Assembly: GCF_025465275.1 (NCBI RefSeq) | Contig: NZ_JAODNK010000049.1 | Span: 61,642-125,641, forward strand | Length of the DNA stretch: 64,000 bases | Source: Nocardia sp. | GTDB taxonomy: Bacteria; Actinomycetota; Actinomycetes; Mycobacteriales; Mycobacteriaceae | Reading direction: 5' to 3' | Notes under the pieces: generated by a model | What the model was told of the DNA's origin: nothing | Databases searched by the model: none | The model's input: the letters and a program-made list of their open reading frames with translations, nothing else | Position numbers and translations under genes: made by a program | In this document: piece after piece, positions 1 through 10,328 of the stretch | Layout: every line of letters begins with the position of its first letter | How positions within the stretch are numbered: the first letter of the stretch is position 1

Positions 1-1223
1 CAGTCCCGCTCTACGCCGAGGGAGATGCCTCGGGAGGCGAGCCAGGGGAGGGGGTCGATTTTGTTGGAGCCATTGAGCCAGACTTCGAAGTGACAGTGCG
101 GGCCGGTGGAGAAGCCGCGGTTGCCGACGGTGGCGATCTGGTCGCCTGCCATGACGCGCTGACCGACCGAGACGACGGCCGTGTCGACGTGGCCGTAGAC
201 GGTGATGGTGCCGTCATCGTGCAGGAGCCGGACCCACATGCCGAAGCCGGAGGCCGGACCGGCGTCGATGACATTGGCGTCGGCTACGGCGTAGATGGGG
301 GTGCCGATGGGGGCGGCCACGTCCACTCCGAGATGTTCTACGCCCCAGCGGGTACCGAAGCCGGAGGTGAAGGTGCCGCTCGCGAATTTGGTGAACAGCG
401 GGCGGAGTTTGGAGTCCGCGGCCGCGGTCAGGTCGGCCGCGTACTTCTGGCCCTTCTGCAGAATGTCGTTGAACTGGTTGACATCCGCCGCGGTGCCGAC
501 ATTCAGGACCTGCGGGGCGCCGCTCGGCGCGTCGGAGGCGAGGTTCTGGGTCGCGGCGAGATCGCGAACCTGGGCGGCAGCCTGATATTCGACATTGTCG
601 GCGTGCGGTGCGCTGGTCTCCAGACCGCTCTGCCCGGCGGCGACAACCGCGCCGGCGGCCACCGCCACCACTGCGGCGCGACCCTTGAGCGAGTGCGGCG
701 GGCTGGGAACACGGTGCGTACCGGCCGCGCGGCGGCGACCGCCGGAGCGGGCCGGGGTCGGCTCGGCCGAATCGTTCTCGGACTCAGGCTGATCGACGCG
801 GGCGCCGTCACCGGAGAAGTCGAGGCGGGCGCCTGAGGCGGTGCGGAAGCTGTAGACCGGCCGGTAATCGGCGGAGGGCGCCGGATCGGCGGGCGCATCC
901 CAATCGGTGCGCGACTGCCCGGCCCATTCGCCCGGATCGGGCGCGGCCCAGCCGTCGGCGGCGGGAGTCGACCAGTTGTCGGCGCCGCGGGTGTCGGCGC
1001 TCGGCTCCCACTTGGCTTGCGCGGCCTGCCAATCAGGCTGGGGGTGCCGGGCCACCGCAGGCGCGTGCCAGGAGCGGGTGGCCTCCCAGTCGCCGTGCGA
1101 GACCTGCCCGCGTGTGGCCTGGGGTGCATCGAAATGTGTTGCGCCGCCGACGTTCTCGGCCTCATCGCGATAGCGGTGGCCGTGTTTGGCGCGCAGAGTT
1201 TCGGGGAATGGACCGTCGTTCAT
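1..1223 (-). CDS. M23 family metallopeptidase (Rv0950c-like); stop codon lies at the window edge
   Basis: Not in the ORF track, translated by hand. The frame from ATG 1223 ends ...HLGVDVAAPIGTPIYAV...YGHVD...STGPHCHFEV...ERD, with HxxxD and HxH M23 motifs. It is divergent from sucC, as for Rv0950c. Confidence 0.9.
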   Translation of the reverse strand, partial: MNDGPFPETLRAKHGHRYRDEAENVGGATHFDAPQATRGQVSHGDWEATRSWHAPAVARHPQPDWQAAQAKWEPSADTRGADNWSTPAADGWAAPDPGEWAGQSRTDWDAPADPAPSADYRPVYSFRTASGARLDFSGDGARVDQPESENDSAEPTPARSGGRRRAAGTHRVPSPPHSLKGRAAVVAVAAGAVVAAGQSGLETSAPHADNVEYQAAAQVRDLAATQNLASDAPSGAPQVLNVGTAADVNQFNDILQKGQKYAADLTAAADSKLRPLFTKFASGTFTSGFGTRWGVEHLGVDVAAPIGTPIYAVADANVIDAGPASGFGMWVRLLHDDGTITVYGHVDTAVVSVGQRVMAGDQIATVGNRGFSTGPHCHFEVWLNGSNKIDPLPWLASRGISLGVERD

Positions 1224-1408
1224 CGGAGTTGGTCCTGGTGAAGCCGCGGTGCTGACGGAGTGCCTGCGGAGCGAAGCTCTACCTGCGGAGCGCTGTGCTG
1301 CGTCAAGCCTGCCGTCCTCCTGTCGTGACCGGGTTGTGACATCGACCGCATCGACGGTAACGAAACGATTGCGGCTCAGCAAGCGATGGACATGGTTCGG
1401 CGCGCGTG

Positions 1409-1424
1409 TGTGACATTCATCACC
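1409..1424. promoter_or_regulatory. Putative Crp/GlxR binding site
   Basis: TGTGA-cattca-TCACC, one mismatch to TGTGA-N6-TCACA, between the divergent M23 and sucC genes. Confidence 0.55.
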
Positions 1425-1674
1425 TTGCCGTCAAGTATTTCCGCACTGTGCTGGGGGTAACCGAGTGCGTCTTGTCAACGACGACACGTAGTACCCCCTG
1501 TCACTCTCCAGGATTCGAGTGTCCTACCTGGCGCCCCGTCAACAAGCTACTCGCGAGTAGCATTGACAAGGCGTTTTGTAGGCACAGAGACAGTACCGTG
1601 ACCTGCGCCACTTAGGCTGTATGCGGCTGATTTCGGCTTCGTGTGACTGATTAGAGTCCGACCCGACCCCCTGA

Positions 1675-1742
1675 CCCTTTCGAGTGACCTGCAAGCAATC
1701 ACTACGAGCCCTTTCGAGTGACACGCAAGCAGTCGCTACGGG
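1675..1742 (+). repeat. 34-bp tandem duplication in the sucC leader
   Basis: ccctttcgagtgacctgcaagcaatcactacgag / ccctttcgagtgacacgcaagcagtcgctacggg, 29/34 identical. Confidence 0.9.
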
Positions 1743-1801
1743 CCGACCACGGGCCACCAACACAGACGTTGTCACAACAACGCAGACGAGACGGTGAGTA
1801 C

Positions 1802-2968
<1,167 letters not shown>

Positions 2969-2983
2969 AGGACACGAACCCAA

Positions 2984-3898
2984 ATGTCGATCTTCCTCAA
3001 CAAGGACAACAAGGTCATCGTCCAGGGCATCACCGGCGGTGAGGGCACCAAGCACACCGCACTGATGCTGAAGGCCGGCACCCAGGTCGTCGGCGGCGTC
3101 AACGCCCGCAAGGCCGGCACCACCGTGTCGCACACCGACAAGGACGGCAACCCCGTCGAGCTGCCGGTCTTCGCGACCGTCGCCGAGGCCATCGAGAAGA
3201 CCGGGGCCGACACCTCGATCGCCTTCGTGCCGCCCGCCTTCTCGAAGGACGCCATCCTCGAGGCCATCGACGCGGAGATCCCGCTGCTCGTGGTCATCAC
3301 CGAGGGCATCCCCGTGCAGGACTCCGCGTACGCGTGGGCCTACAACGTGGAGAAGGGCAACAAGACCCGCATCATCGGCCCGAACTGCCCCGGCATCATC
3401 ACCCCGGGTGAGTCGCTGGTCGGCATCACTCCGGCCACGATCGCGGGCAAGGGCCCGATCGGCCTGGTCTCCAAGTCGGGCACCCTGACCTACCAGATGA
3501 TGTTCGAGCTGCGGGACTTCGGTTTCTCCACCGCCATCGGCATCGGCGGCGACCCGGTCATCGGCACCACCCACATCGACGCCATCGAGGCGTTCGAGAA
3601 GGACCCCGAGACCAAGCTCATCGTCATGATCGGCGAAATCGGCGGCGACGCCGAAGAGCGGGCCGCGGCCTACATCAAGGCCCATGTCACCAAGCCGGTC
3701 GTCGGCTACGTCGCCGGTTTCACCGCGCCCGAGGGCAAGACCATGGGCCACGCCGGCGCCATCGTCTCCGACGGTGCGGGCACCGCCCAGGGCAAGAAGG
3801 AAGCCCTCGAGGCCGCGGGCGTGAAGGTCGGCAAGACCCCGTCCGAGACCGCCGCCCTGGCGCGCGAAATCCTGGAGAAGGCAAGCATCACCGCCTGA
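2984..3898 (+). CDS. sucD: Succinyl-CoA synthetase alpha subunit
   Basis: [27 protein letters not shown] (phospho-His) motifs; follows sucC. Confidence 0.98.
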   Translation: MSIFLNKDNKVIVQGITGGEGTKHTALMLKAGTQVVGGVNARKAGTTVSHTDKDGNPVELPVFATVAEAIEKTGADTSIAFVPPAFSKDAILEAIDAEIPLLVVITEGIPVQDSAYAWAYNVEKGNKTRIIGPNCPGIITPGESLVGITPATIAGKGPIGLVSKSGTLTYQMMFELRDFGFSTAIGIGGDPVIGTTHIDAIEAFEKDPETKLIVMIGEIGGDAEERAAAYIKAHVTKPVVGYVAGFTAPEGKTMGHAGAIVSDGAGTAQGKKEALEAAGVKVGKTPSETAALAREILEKASITA

Positions 3899-3960
3899 GC
3901 TCGCTGTCCCGCCTCCCCGCATCTTCAGCGCCCGGCCTGGGAGCCGTTGGCGTTGGGGAC

Positions 3961-4039
3961 GCGTGGTGCGGTTCGGGTGCGACACCGATTTCGTGGGTAC
4001 CCGGGGAGTTACCCCGAACTCGCGAAATCAGTTGTCGCC
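3961..4039 (+). repeat. ~78-bp intergenic element, copy A (inverted copy at 7110-7187)
   Basis: gcgtggtgcggt...gggtacccggggagttaccccgaactcgcgaaatcagttgtcgcc matches the reverse complement of 7110-7187. Confidence 0.8.
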
Positions 4040-4055
4040 ATCGCTGTACGAGCCT

Positions 4056-4090
4056 CGAAGGCCGCCTCCCCGCTGGGGAGGCGGCCTTCG
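4056..4090 (+). terminator. Intrinsic terminator-like hairpin after sucCD
   Basis: 16-bp perfect stem cgaaggccgcctcccc-gct-ggggaggcggccttcg. Confidence 0.75.
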
Positions 4091-4252
4091 TCGTATTCGG
4101 GTCGTGGGGGCGGGCGGGGCCGAATCCGACTGTGCGCACAGGGAGTTTCGCCTATTGCGGAATGGGCACGGCCGGTGGTAGGTGGTGCTCTCGGCGATGG
4201 AGTGCAGTAGCGTCGGTGGGAGTTCGTGAACGACTCGATAGGAGACGACGAC

Positions 4253-5257
4253 ATGTCATACCCGACCGGGGGCTCGGGATACAACGGGCCCGCGCAGACG
4301 CCTTCCAACACGCCTGGATATGGCTCGCAGCCCACGGGTGGTCCCGCAGCAGGGTCGAGTACGACGGCCGCAACAGGCAAGGGGCTCCCCTTCTTTCTCA
4401 CCGTCGGCATTGCCGCCCTCGGTGTCATCAACTTCCTGCTCGGGTTCGCGCCGTACGTCGGCAGCAAGCCGATCGATGTGGGCGGCCAGACGATCAGCAG
4501 CAGCGAAACCTTCAGTCTCTTCGCAAACGGCGGCGCGGCCCTGCTGGGCCTGACACTTTTTGCGGGCGTGCTCGCCGGTCTGTCGCTGCTGCCCAAGCAG
4601 GACTGGGTCGTGGTCGCAGCCGCGGCGGCGGTCACCGGTTTCCTGGCGATGCTGTTCCAGTCCTTCAGCCTCAACGACCACGAGTCGTTGAAGTGGGGCG
4701 GTTGGGTACTGGTCTTCCTGACCTTCGTGCAGGCGATCGTCGCCGCTGTGGCGGTGCTGTTGGAGATGGGCATCATCAAGCCGCCGGCGCCGAAGCCGGC
4801 TGCGCCGCAGCAGGGTTACGGCCAGCAGTTCGGTCAGGCAGGCGGGCAGTACCCGGGTTACGGACAGCAGGGTTACGGCCAGCCGGGTCAGCCGCCCGCG
4901 TTCGGTCAGCCGGCTCAGCCTGCTCAGCAGGGCGGCCAGCAGCCGGGCTACGGCACGGGTGGTCAGTACCCGCAGCAGCCGTCCTACGGGCAGCCGCCCG
5001 CAGGCTATGGCACCGGTTCGCAGCAGCAGCCGACCTACGGGCAGCCGCCCGCGGGCTACGGTCAGCCGCCGAGCGGTGGTTTCGGCCAGCAGCAGTACGG
5101 CCAGCAGCAGCCCGCCGGTGGCGACGCCGCCCCGACTCAGCACTTCGGCGCCCAGCCGGCCGCGCGTCCGGCGCAGCCGTTCGGCGGCGAGCAGGCCGCC
5201 GACCCGTCCGCGGACGCGACCCGTTCGTTCCGCCCGGGTCAGGACGACAAGCAGTAG
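4253..5257 (+). CDS. DUF5336 membrane protein (Rv0954-like) with Gln/Gly/Pro-rich C-terminus
   Basis: Four hydrophobic segments then [14 protein letters not shown] repeats; GGAG RBS before ATG 4253; synteny with Rv0954. Confidence 0.8.
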   Translation: MSYPTGGSGYNGPAQTPSNTPGYGSQPTGGPAAGSSTTAATGKGLPFFLTVGIAALGVINFLLGFAPYVGSKPIDVGGQTISSSETFSLFANGGAALLGLTLFAGVLAGLSLLPKQDWVVVAAAAAVTGFLAMLFQSFSLNDHESLKWGGWVLVFLTFVQAIVAAVAVLLEMGIIKPPAPKPAAPQQGYGQQFGQAGGQYPGYGQQGYGQPGQPPAFGQPAQPAQQGGQQPGYGTGGQYPQQPSYGQPPAGYGTGSQQQPTYGQPPAGYGQPPSGGFGQQQYGQQQPAGGDAAPTQHFGAQPAARPAQPFGGEQAADPSADATRSFRPGQDDKQ

Positions 5258-5278
5258 CGCTCGACAGACGAATACGCG

Positions 5279-5308
5279 AACGGCCCCCGGTACACACCGG
5301 GGGCCGTT
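5279..5308 (+). terminator. Hairpin terminator
   Basis: aacggcccccggt-acac-accgggggccgtt directly after the stop. Confidence 0.75.
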
Positions 5309-5392
5309 TCGCATCCCGCTCCCGAATCCCGTCGATCCGCGCCCGCACCCCCGTCGACCCTGCGTCCACCCCGTCGACCCTGCGTCCACCCT

Positions 5393-5477
5393 CGTCATCC
5401 CGGCATGCTTTTGGCCGGGATTCACGCTGACCCATTCGATTCCGGTGGATCCCGGCCAAAAGCGCGCCGGGATGACG
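5393..5477. repeat. REP-like doublet (two inverted palindromic units)
   Basis: cgtcatcccggcatgcttttggccgggattcac...gtggatcccggccaaaagcgcgccgggatgacg; second copy at 33333-33411. Confidence 0.85.
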
Positions 5478-5633
5478 GAATTCGTGCGTCGGCATGACCC
5501 GCTCGGGTCCTTGCTCAACTCCGATGTCGGATGCTCCCCTGGCCGATGGGGCACGGCTGACCTGCTATGACCGTGCGAGTTCTCCGGCGCGCCTGCCACT
5601 TTCCGTTAGTGAGAGCTGCCACGCTGGTTTTCC

Positions 5634-7121
5634 ATGAGTGCCCCGAGAACTACCCTGGCTCGCGTGACTGACGATCTGCGGGATGCGCCGCGTGGTCCGG
5701 TCTCGGCGGGTGGGGGCGGGTTCGGGTCGCTCACACCCGAGCGGGCCCGGGTGTTGTTGTTCGTGGCGGCGCGTGCGTCGGCCATTACGCTGCTGCTGAT
5801 TTTCGCGGTGGTGTTCGGGACGCTGCTGGCGGCGGGGAGTGGGCTGTCCGGGGCGTCCGGAGCCATTGCGGCGAGCTGGCTTGCGGTGCATCAGGTTCCG
5901 CTGACGATCGGCCGGACGGCCATCGGACTGTGGCCGCTGCTGCCCACCGGGTTGATGCTGTGGTTGGTGGCGCGGGAGTGTGCGCGTGCCGCCGATCACT
6001 GTGCCGCCGAGGGGGAGTGCACGCCGACCGATCTGGCCTGGATCGCGGGTGCGGCGGTCGGTGGTCCGCTGCTGGTGACCGCGGTGTGCCTGGCCGTGGC
6101 CGATGACGCGTCCGCGGTGGTGGCCTTGCAGCCGCCGAATACCTCCGTCGCTTTCGCCTGGGTGATCGCGCTGCATCTGCTGGCCGTGATCGCGGGTGTG
6201 GGCTTGCGGCACTGGCGGGATTTCACCGATCTGCTGCCGATTCCGCTGCCGCACTGGGTGGTTCCGGGCGTGCGGGCCGGGTTCCGCGCGGTGTGGCGGC
6301 TGCTGGCCGTCGCGGCGGTGCTCACGCTGGTGTCGTTCCTGGTGCACTGGCCGCGAATCGGCGACACCTATCACTATGCCGGAAACTTCTGGGGCGCACT
6401 GGGTTTGACGCTGCTGTCGCTGGCCTACCTGCCGAACGCCCTGATCGGCGCGGTGAGTGTGCTGCTCGGCGGCGAGATGCACATCGGCGCCGGATCGCTG
6501 GGCGTGTTCGGTATCGACGGTGCGCCCGTGCCCGCGGTGCCATTGCTCGCGGCCGTGCCGTCGGGACCGGTCGCCGTGTGGTGGTTCGTGCTGCTGGTGG
6601 CTCCTGCCGCGGTGGGCGTGCTCGGCGGCCTGGAATGCGGCCGGAACACCGGCGACAGCCCCCGCGCGCCCTGGGCGACGCTGACCTCCGCCGGCGTCGC
6701 CGCCGTGCTGCTCACCGTGCTCGGCCTACCGGCCGGGGGAGACCTGGGCACCTTCGGCTGGATCGGCCCGAACGTCGCCGTCGCCGCGGCCCTCGCCTTC
6801 CTGTGGCTCGCCGTGCCCGGCTATGTGGGCGTGGTCGGCGCCCGCTGGTTCGCGCCCGCACCGCCCGCCGAATACGACTACGACGACGACGCAGGCTACG
6901 ACGTCGAGTACGAGGACGACGCGTACGACGACACCGAGTACGAAGAGGACTACTACGAGGACGACGACGAATACGACTACTACGACGACGACCCCGGCCA
7001 GGTGGTCGAGGTCGACGGCGAACTCCTCGACGACGACCCCGAACTCTTCCGCGAAGTACATCGGGCACCCGACGACGACTCCGAAATTCTCGACGCCGAA
7101 GTAGTAGAAGGCGACCACTGA
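5634..7121 (+). CDS. perM: DUF6350 / PerM-like polytopic membrane protein (Rv0955-like) with acidic tail
   Basis: About 10 TM segments, LAYLPNA motif, located directly upstream of purN as for Rv0955. Confidence 0.75.
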   Translation: MSAPRTTLARVTDDLRDAPRGPVSAGGGGFGSLTPERARVLLFVAARASAITLLLIFAVVFGTLLAAGSGLSGASGAIAASWLAVHQVPLTIGRTAIGLWPLLPTGLMLWLVARECARAADHCAAEGECTPTDLAWIAGAAVGGPLLVTAVCLAVADDASAVVALQPPNTSVAFAWVIALHLLAVIAGVGLRHWRDFTDLLPIPLPHWVVPGVRAGFRAVWRLLAVAAVLTLVSFLVHWPRIGDTYHYAGNFWGALGLTLLSLAYLPNALIGAVSVLLGGEMHIGAGSLGVFGIDGAPVPAVPLLAAVPSGPVAVWWFVLLVAPAAVGVLGGLECGRNTGDSPRAPWATLTSAGVAAVLLTVLGLPAGGDLGTFGWIGPNVAVAAALAFLWLAVPGYVGVVGARWFAPAPPAEYDYDDDAGYDVEYEDDAYDDTEYEEDYYEDDDEYDYYDDDPGQVVEVDGELLDDDPELFREVHRAPDDDSEILDAEVVEGDH

Positions 7122-7187
7122 TTTCGTGAGGTCGGGGTAACTCCCGGGGTACCCCCAGAACTTTCGGTGCACCTGACCGCACCACGC
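7110..7187 (-). repeat. ~78-bp intergenic element, copy B (overlaps the perM stop)
   Basis: Reverse complement of 3961-4039 with a shared core gggtaccc.gggagttaccccga.ctc.cgaaatcagt.gtcgcc. Confidence 0.8.
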
Positions 7188-7220
7188 GAATGGGACCGGG
7201 TGGGCTCTCAGCCCGGCGCC

Positions 7221-7272
7221 AAAGTTCCGGGGAGGCGGAACAGGCCGCTAAAGTTCCGGAGAGGCGGCACAG
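7221..7272 (+). repeat. Two 23-bp direct repeats, 29-bp period, upstream of purN
   Basis: aaagttccggggaggcggaacag (7221) and aaagttccggagaggcggcacag (7250). Confidence 0.75.
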
Positions 7273-7340
7273 CTAGGCTCTAGGGCAGGCGGCTGCATCC
7301 CGCCGTTCCCTTTCCACCCCGATACACAGGGAGTAGTGCG

Positions 7341-7994
7341 CTGAGTTCCACGCCTGCCCAGCTGCTACCGCCGAGTGCGCCCGCGACGGTTGTCGTGCTC
7401 GCCTCCGGTACCGGTTCGCTGCTGCGTTCACTGCTCGAAGCCGCTCGGAAGCCGGATTATCCGGCCCGGGTCGTCGCCGTCGGACTGGATCGTGACTGCG
7501 CGGCCGCCGATCATGCCGAGGCCTTCGATATTTCGTCGTTCATGGTCGAGCTGAGCGATTTCGAGGATCGGGCGGCCTGGGATCAGGCGCTCACCGAGAT
7601 CGTCGATGCCTTCGCACCGGATCTGGTGGTGTCCGCGGGTTTCATGAAGATCCTCGGCCCGCGCTTCCTGGAGCGTTTCGGCGGCCGCATTATCAATACC
7701 CATCCCGCGCTGCTGCCGGCTTTCCCGGGCGCGCACGGGGTGCGGGACGCGCTGGCGTACGGGGTCCGGGTCACCGGTTCGACCGTGCACCTCGTGGACT
7801 CGGGTATCGATACCGGTGCGATCCTCGCGCAGGAAGCGGTGGCGGTGCTGCCCTCCGATGACGAGGCCACCCTGCACGAGCGCATCAAGGTTGTGGAGCG
7901 ACGGCTGCTGGCGGAGGTTGTCGCCGCTGTCGCGAACCGAGGCATTGTCTCCGATGGACGAAAGGCAGTTATCCCAGATGAGGTTCTCCGGTGA
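7341..7994 (+). CDS. purN: Phosphoribosylglycinamide formyltransferase
   Basis: [28 protein letters not shown] and GSTVHLVD motifs. Start uncertain: CTG 7341 after an AGGGAG RBS, or GTG 7395. Confidence 0.95.
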   Translation: MSSTPAQLLPPSAPATVVVLASGTGSLLRSLLEAARKPDYPARVVAVGLDRDCAAADHAEAFDISSFMVELSDFEDRAAWDQALTEIVDAFAPDLVVSAGFMKILGPRFLERFGGRIINTHPALLPAFPGAHGVRDALAYGVRVTGSTVHLVDSGIDTGAILAQEAVAVLPSDDEATLHERIKVVERRLLAEVVAAVANRGIVSDGRKAVIPDEVLR

Positions 7995-9577
7995 GTGAAC
8001 GTAAGGCCATCAAGCGGGCTCTGGTCAGCGTCTACGACAAGACCGGTCTGATCGAACTGGCATCCGGCCTGCATGCCGCTGGTGTGGAGCTGGTGTCGAC
8101 CGGCTCGACCGCGAGCAAGATCGCCGATGCCGGTATCCCGGTCACCAAAGTGGAAGACCTGACCGGCTTTCCGGAGACCCTGGACGGCCGGGTCAAGACC
8201 CTGCATCCGCGGGTGCACGCCGGCATCTTGGCCGACACCCGCAAGGATGAGCACCTCGATCAGCTCGTCGAGCTCGGTGTCGAGGCCTTCCAGCTCGTGG
8301 TGGTGAACCTGTACCCGTTCACTCAGACCGTCGCCAGTGGCGCGAGCATCGACGAGTCGGTCGAGCAGATCGATATCGGCGGGCCCTCCATGGTGCGCGC
8401 CGCCGCCAAGAACCACCCGTCGGTCGCGGTGGTCGTCGACACGCGTGAGTACGACCGCGTGCTGAAGTCGGTGCAGGACGGCGGCTTCACCTTCGCCGAG
8501 CGGACCACGCTGGCGGCCAAGGCTTTCCAGCACACCGCCACCTACGATGTGGCCGTCGCCAGCTGGATGACCAGTGTGGCCGTCCCGGCCGCGCAGGTTG
8601 CCGAGGGTGTGGAATCTGATGCGGCACAGCACTTCCCGGAATGGGTCGGCGCGACCTGGAACCGTGACTCGGTGCTGCGCTACGGCGAGAACCCGCACCA
8701 GGGCGCCGCGCTGTACACCAGCGAGGCGGGACCCGCGGGCCTGGCGCAGGCGGAGCAGTTGCACGGCAAGGAAATGTCGTACAACAACTACACCGATGCC
8801 GATGCCGCCTGGCGTGCCGCGTACGACTTCGACGAGCCCGCCGTGGCGATCATCAAGCACGCCAACCCGTGTGGGGTGGCCGTGGCCGCGGATATCGCCG
8901 AGGCGCACCGCAAGGCGCACGCCACCGATCCGGTCAGCGCGTACGGCGGCGTCATCGCGGCCAATCGCGAGGTGAGTGTGGAGATGGCCGAGCAGGTCGC
9001 CGAGATCTTCACCGAGGTCATCGTGGCGCCCGGCTATGCCAATGGTGCGGTGGAAGTGTTGCAGCGCAAGAAGAATGTGCGCGTGCTCGTCGCCACCCCC
9101 GCGCAGCGCCAAGGCGCGGAACTGCGTCCGATCAGCGGCGGCCTGCTGCTGCAGGATCGCGATATCCTGCACGCCGAGGGCGACAATGCGGCCACCTGGA
9201 CGCTCGCGGCCGGTGAAGCCGCTGATGTGGAGACCCTGGCCGATCTCGAATTCGCTTGGCGCGCTTGCCGGGCCGTGAAGTCGAATGCCATTCTGCTGGC
9301 CCACGACGGCGCCGCCGTCGGTGTCGGTATGGGGCAGGTCAACCGCGTCGACTCGTGCAAGCTGGCGGTGGAGCGGGCCGGTGAGCGCGCCGCGGGTGCG
9401 GTCGCCGCGTCCGATGCGTTCTTCCCGTTCTCGGACGGTCCGCAGATTCTGGTGAGCGCGGGCGTGCGCGCCATCGTGCAGCCGGGCGGGTCGATTCGCG
9501 ACAAGGACACCATCGAGCTGTGCCGTGAGGCCGGTGTCACGCTGTACCTGACGGGTTCGCGGCACTTCGCGCACTGA
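7991..9577 (+). CDS. purH: Bifunctional AICAR transformylase / IMP cyclohydrolase
   Basis: [42 protein letters not shown] and SDAFFPF motifs. Confidence 0.98.
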   Translation: MSERKAIKRALVSVYDKTGLIELASGLHAAGVELVSTGSTASKIADAGIPVTKVEDLTGFPETLDGRVKTLHPRVHAGILADTRKDEHLDQLVELGVEAFQLVVVNLYPFTQTVASGASIDESVEQIDIGGPSMVRAAAKNHPSVAVVVDTREYDRVLKSVQDGGFTFAERTTLAAKAFQHTATYDVAVASWMTSVAVPAAQVAEGVESDAAQHFPEWVGATWNRDSVLRYGENPHQGAALYTSEAGPAGLAQAEQLHGKEMSYNNYTDADAAWRAAYDFDEPAVAIIKHANPCGVAVAADIAEAHRKAHATDPVSAYGGVIAANREVSVEMAEQVAEIFTEVIVAPGYANGAVEVLQRKKNVRVLVATPAQRQGAELRPISGGLLLQDRDILHAEGDNAATWTLAAGEAADVETLADLEFAWRACRAVKSNAILLAHDGAAVGVGMGQVNRVDSCKLAVERAGERAAGAVAASDAFFPFSDGPQILVSAGVRAIVQPGGSIRDKDTIELCREAGVTLYLTGSRHFAH

Positions 9578-9591
9578 GGCACAAAGAATTT

Positions 9592-9635
9592 CGGAGCCGG
9601 TTGCCGGTCGCTGCTGCGATCGGCAACCGGCTCCG
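9592..9635. terminator. Bidirectional hairpin between convergent genes
   Basis: cggagccggttgcc...ggcaaccggctccg stem. Confidence 0.75.
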
Positions 9636-9661
9636 TTGTTTTCGGGACTACCGGTACGGAA

Positions 9662-10132
9662 CTATTTGCCGCTCAATACTTTCCGGTCGGCCAGTGGGGC
9701 CTTGAGCTGGACTTCCAGGGTGCCGAAGACGGCGATCATGGTGCACATGCGGCCGACCGCGTCGGGGAGGGTGCCCGAGCGCAGGTTGACGGTGACGGTC
9801 TTGTCGGTCTCGTTGGTGGTGGCGTCCACGCCGTAGCACTCGGGGGAGCCGGTGGTGAAGTTGACCGCGATCTTGTTGTCCGCGACCCGGGTCCAGCTGT
9901 CGAACTGCAGGGCGTGCGGGTTCACAATGGTCGGATCGGCGGTGAAGGGGCGGCCCGGCTGGCCCTGCGGGGCTTCGGTGGGGTCTTGGACGGCCGAGGT
10001 CTCGGTGCTCGTTTTCGGCTGGTCGGCAGTCTTTCCGGTGTCTCCGCAGGCGGCCACGGTCACGCTCAGGAGTGCGGCCGTGGTGGTGGCGATCAGGGCG
10101 CGGCGGCCCCAGGTCCCGTACATGGCCACCAC
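9662..10132 (-). CDS. Putative lipoprotein
   Basis: Hydrophobic signal with VAAC lipobox, Thr/Gln linker and a two-Cys beta domain. Confidence 0.7.
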   Translation of the reverse strand: MVAMYGTWGRRALIATTTAALLSVTVAACGDTGKTADQPKTSTETSAVQDPTEAPQGQPGRPFTADPTIVNPHALQFDSWTRVADNKIAVNFTTGSPECYGVDATTNETDKTVTVNLRSGTLPDAVGRMCTMIAVFGTLEVQLKAPLADRKVLSGK

Positions 10133-10328
10133 CCTAACGGTCCGACCGGTCGGGGCGGATATGTCCGCGTGGCGAACACCCAGCGACAGTGAGCCAAATT
10201 ATCCGAGGACTCGGCGCGTAATCACCACGCGGACCGGGGGCGGACCAGTAACCTCGATACCAGATGTGCGAATGCACTTACGCGCCATCGACTTATCTAA
10301 TGATCTCCCCTTCCGGAAAGGACACACC

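Noticed and set aside
4020-4031. cgcgaaatcag in the 78-bp element matching the parA upstream repeat unit
   Set aside because: A single 11-bp match is expected by chance in 64 kb, and here it is explained as one arm of a hairpin.
4800-5130. Repeats such as cctacgggcagccgcccgc and cagcag runs
   Set aside because: These are coding low-complexity repeats (YGQPPAGYG) of the DUF5336 protein, not a DNA element.
7125-7340. ZMP/ZTP (pfl) riboswitch expected upstream of purN-purH
   Set aside because: I could not find the conserved GUGACUGGCG / CGCCUGGG elements by eye; an Rfam cmscan would be decisive.
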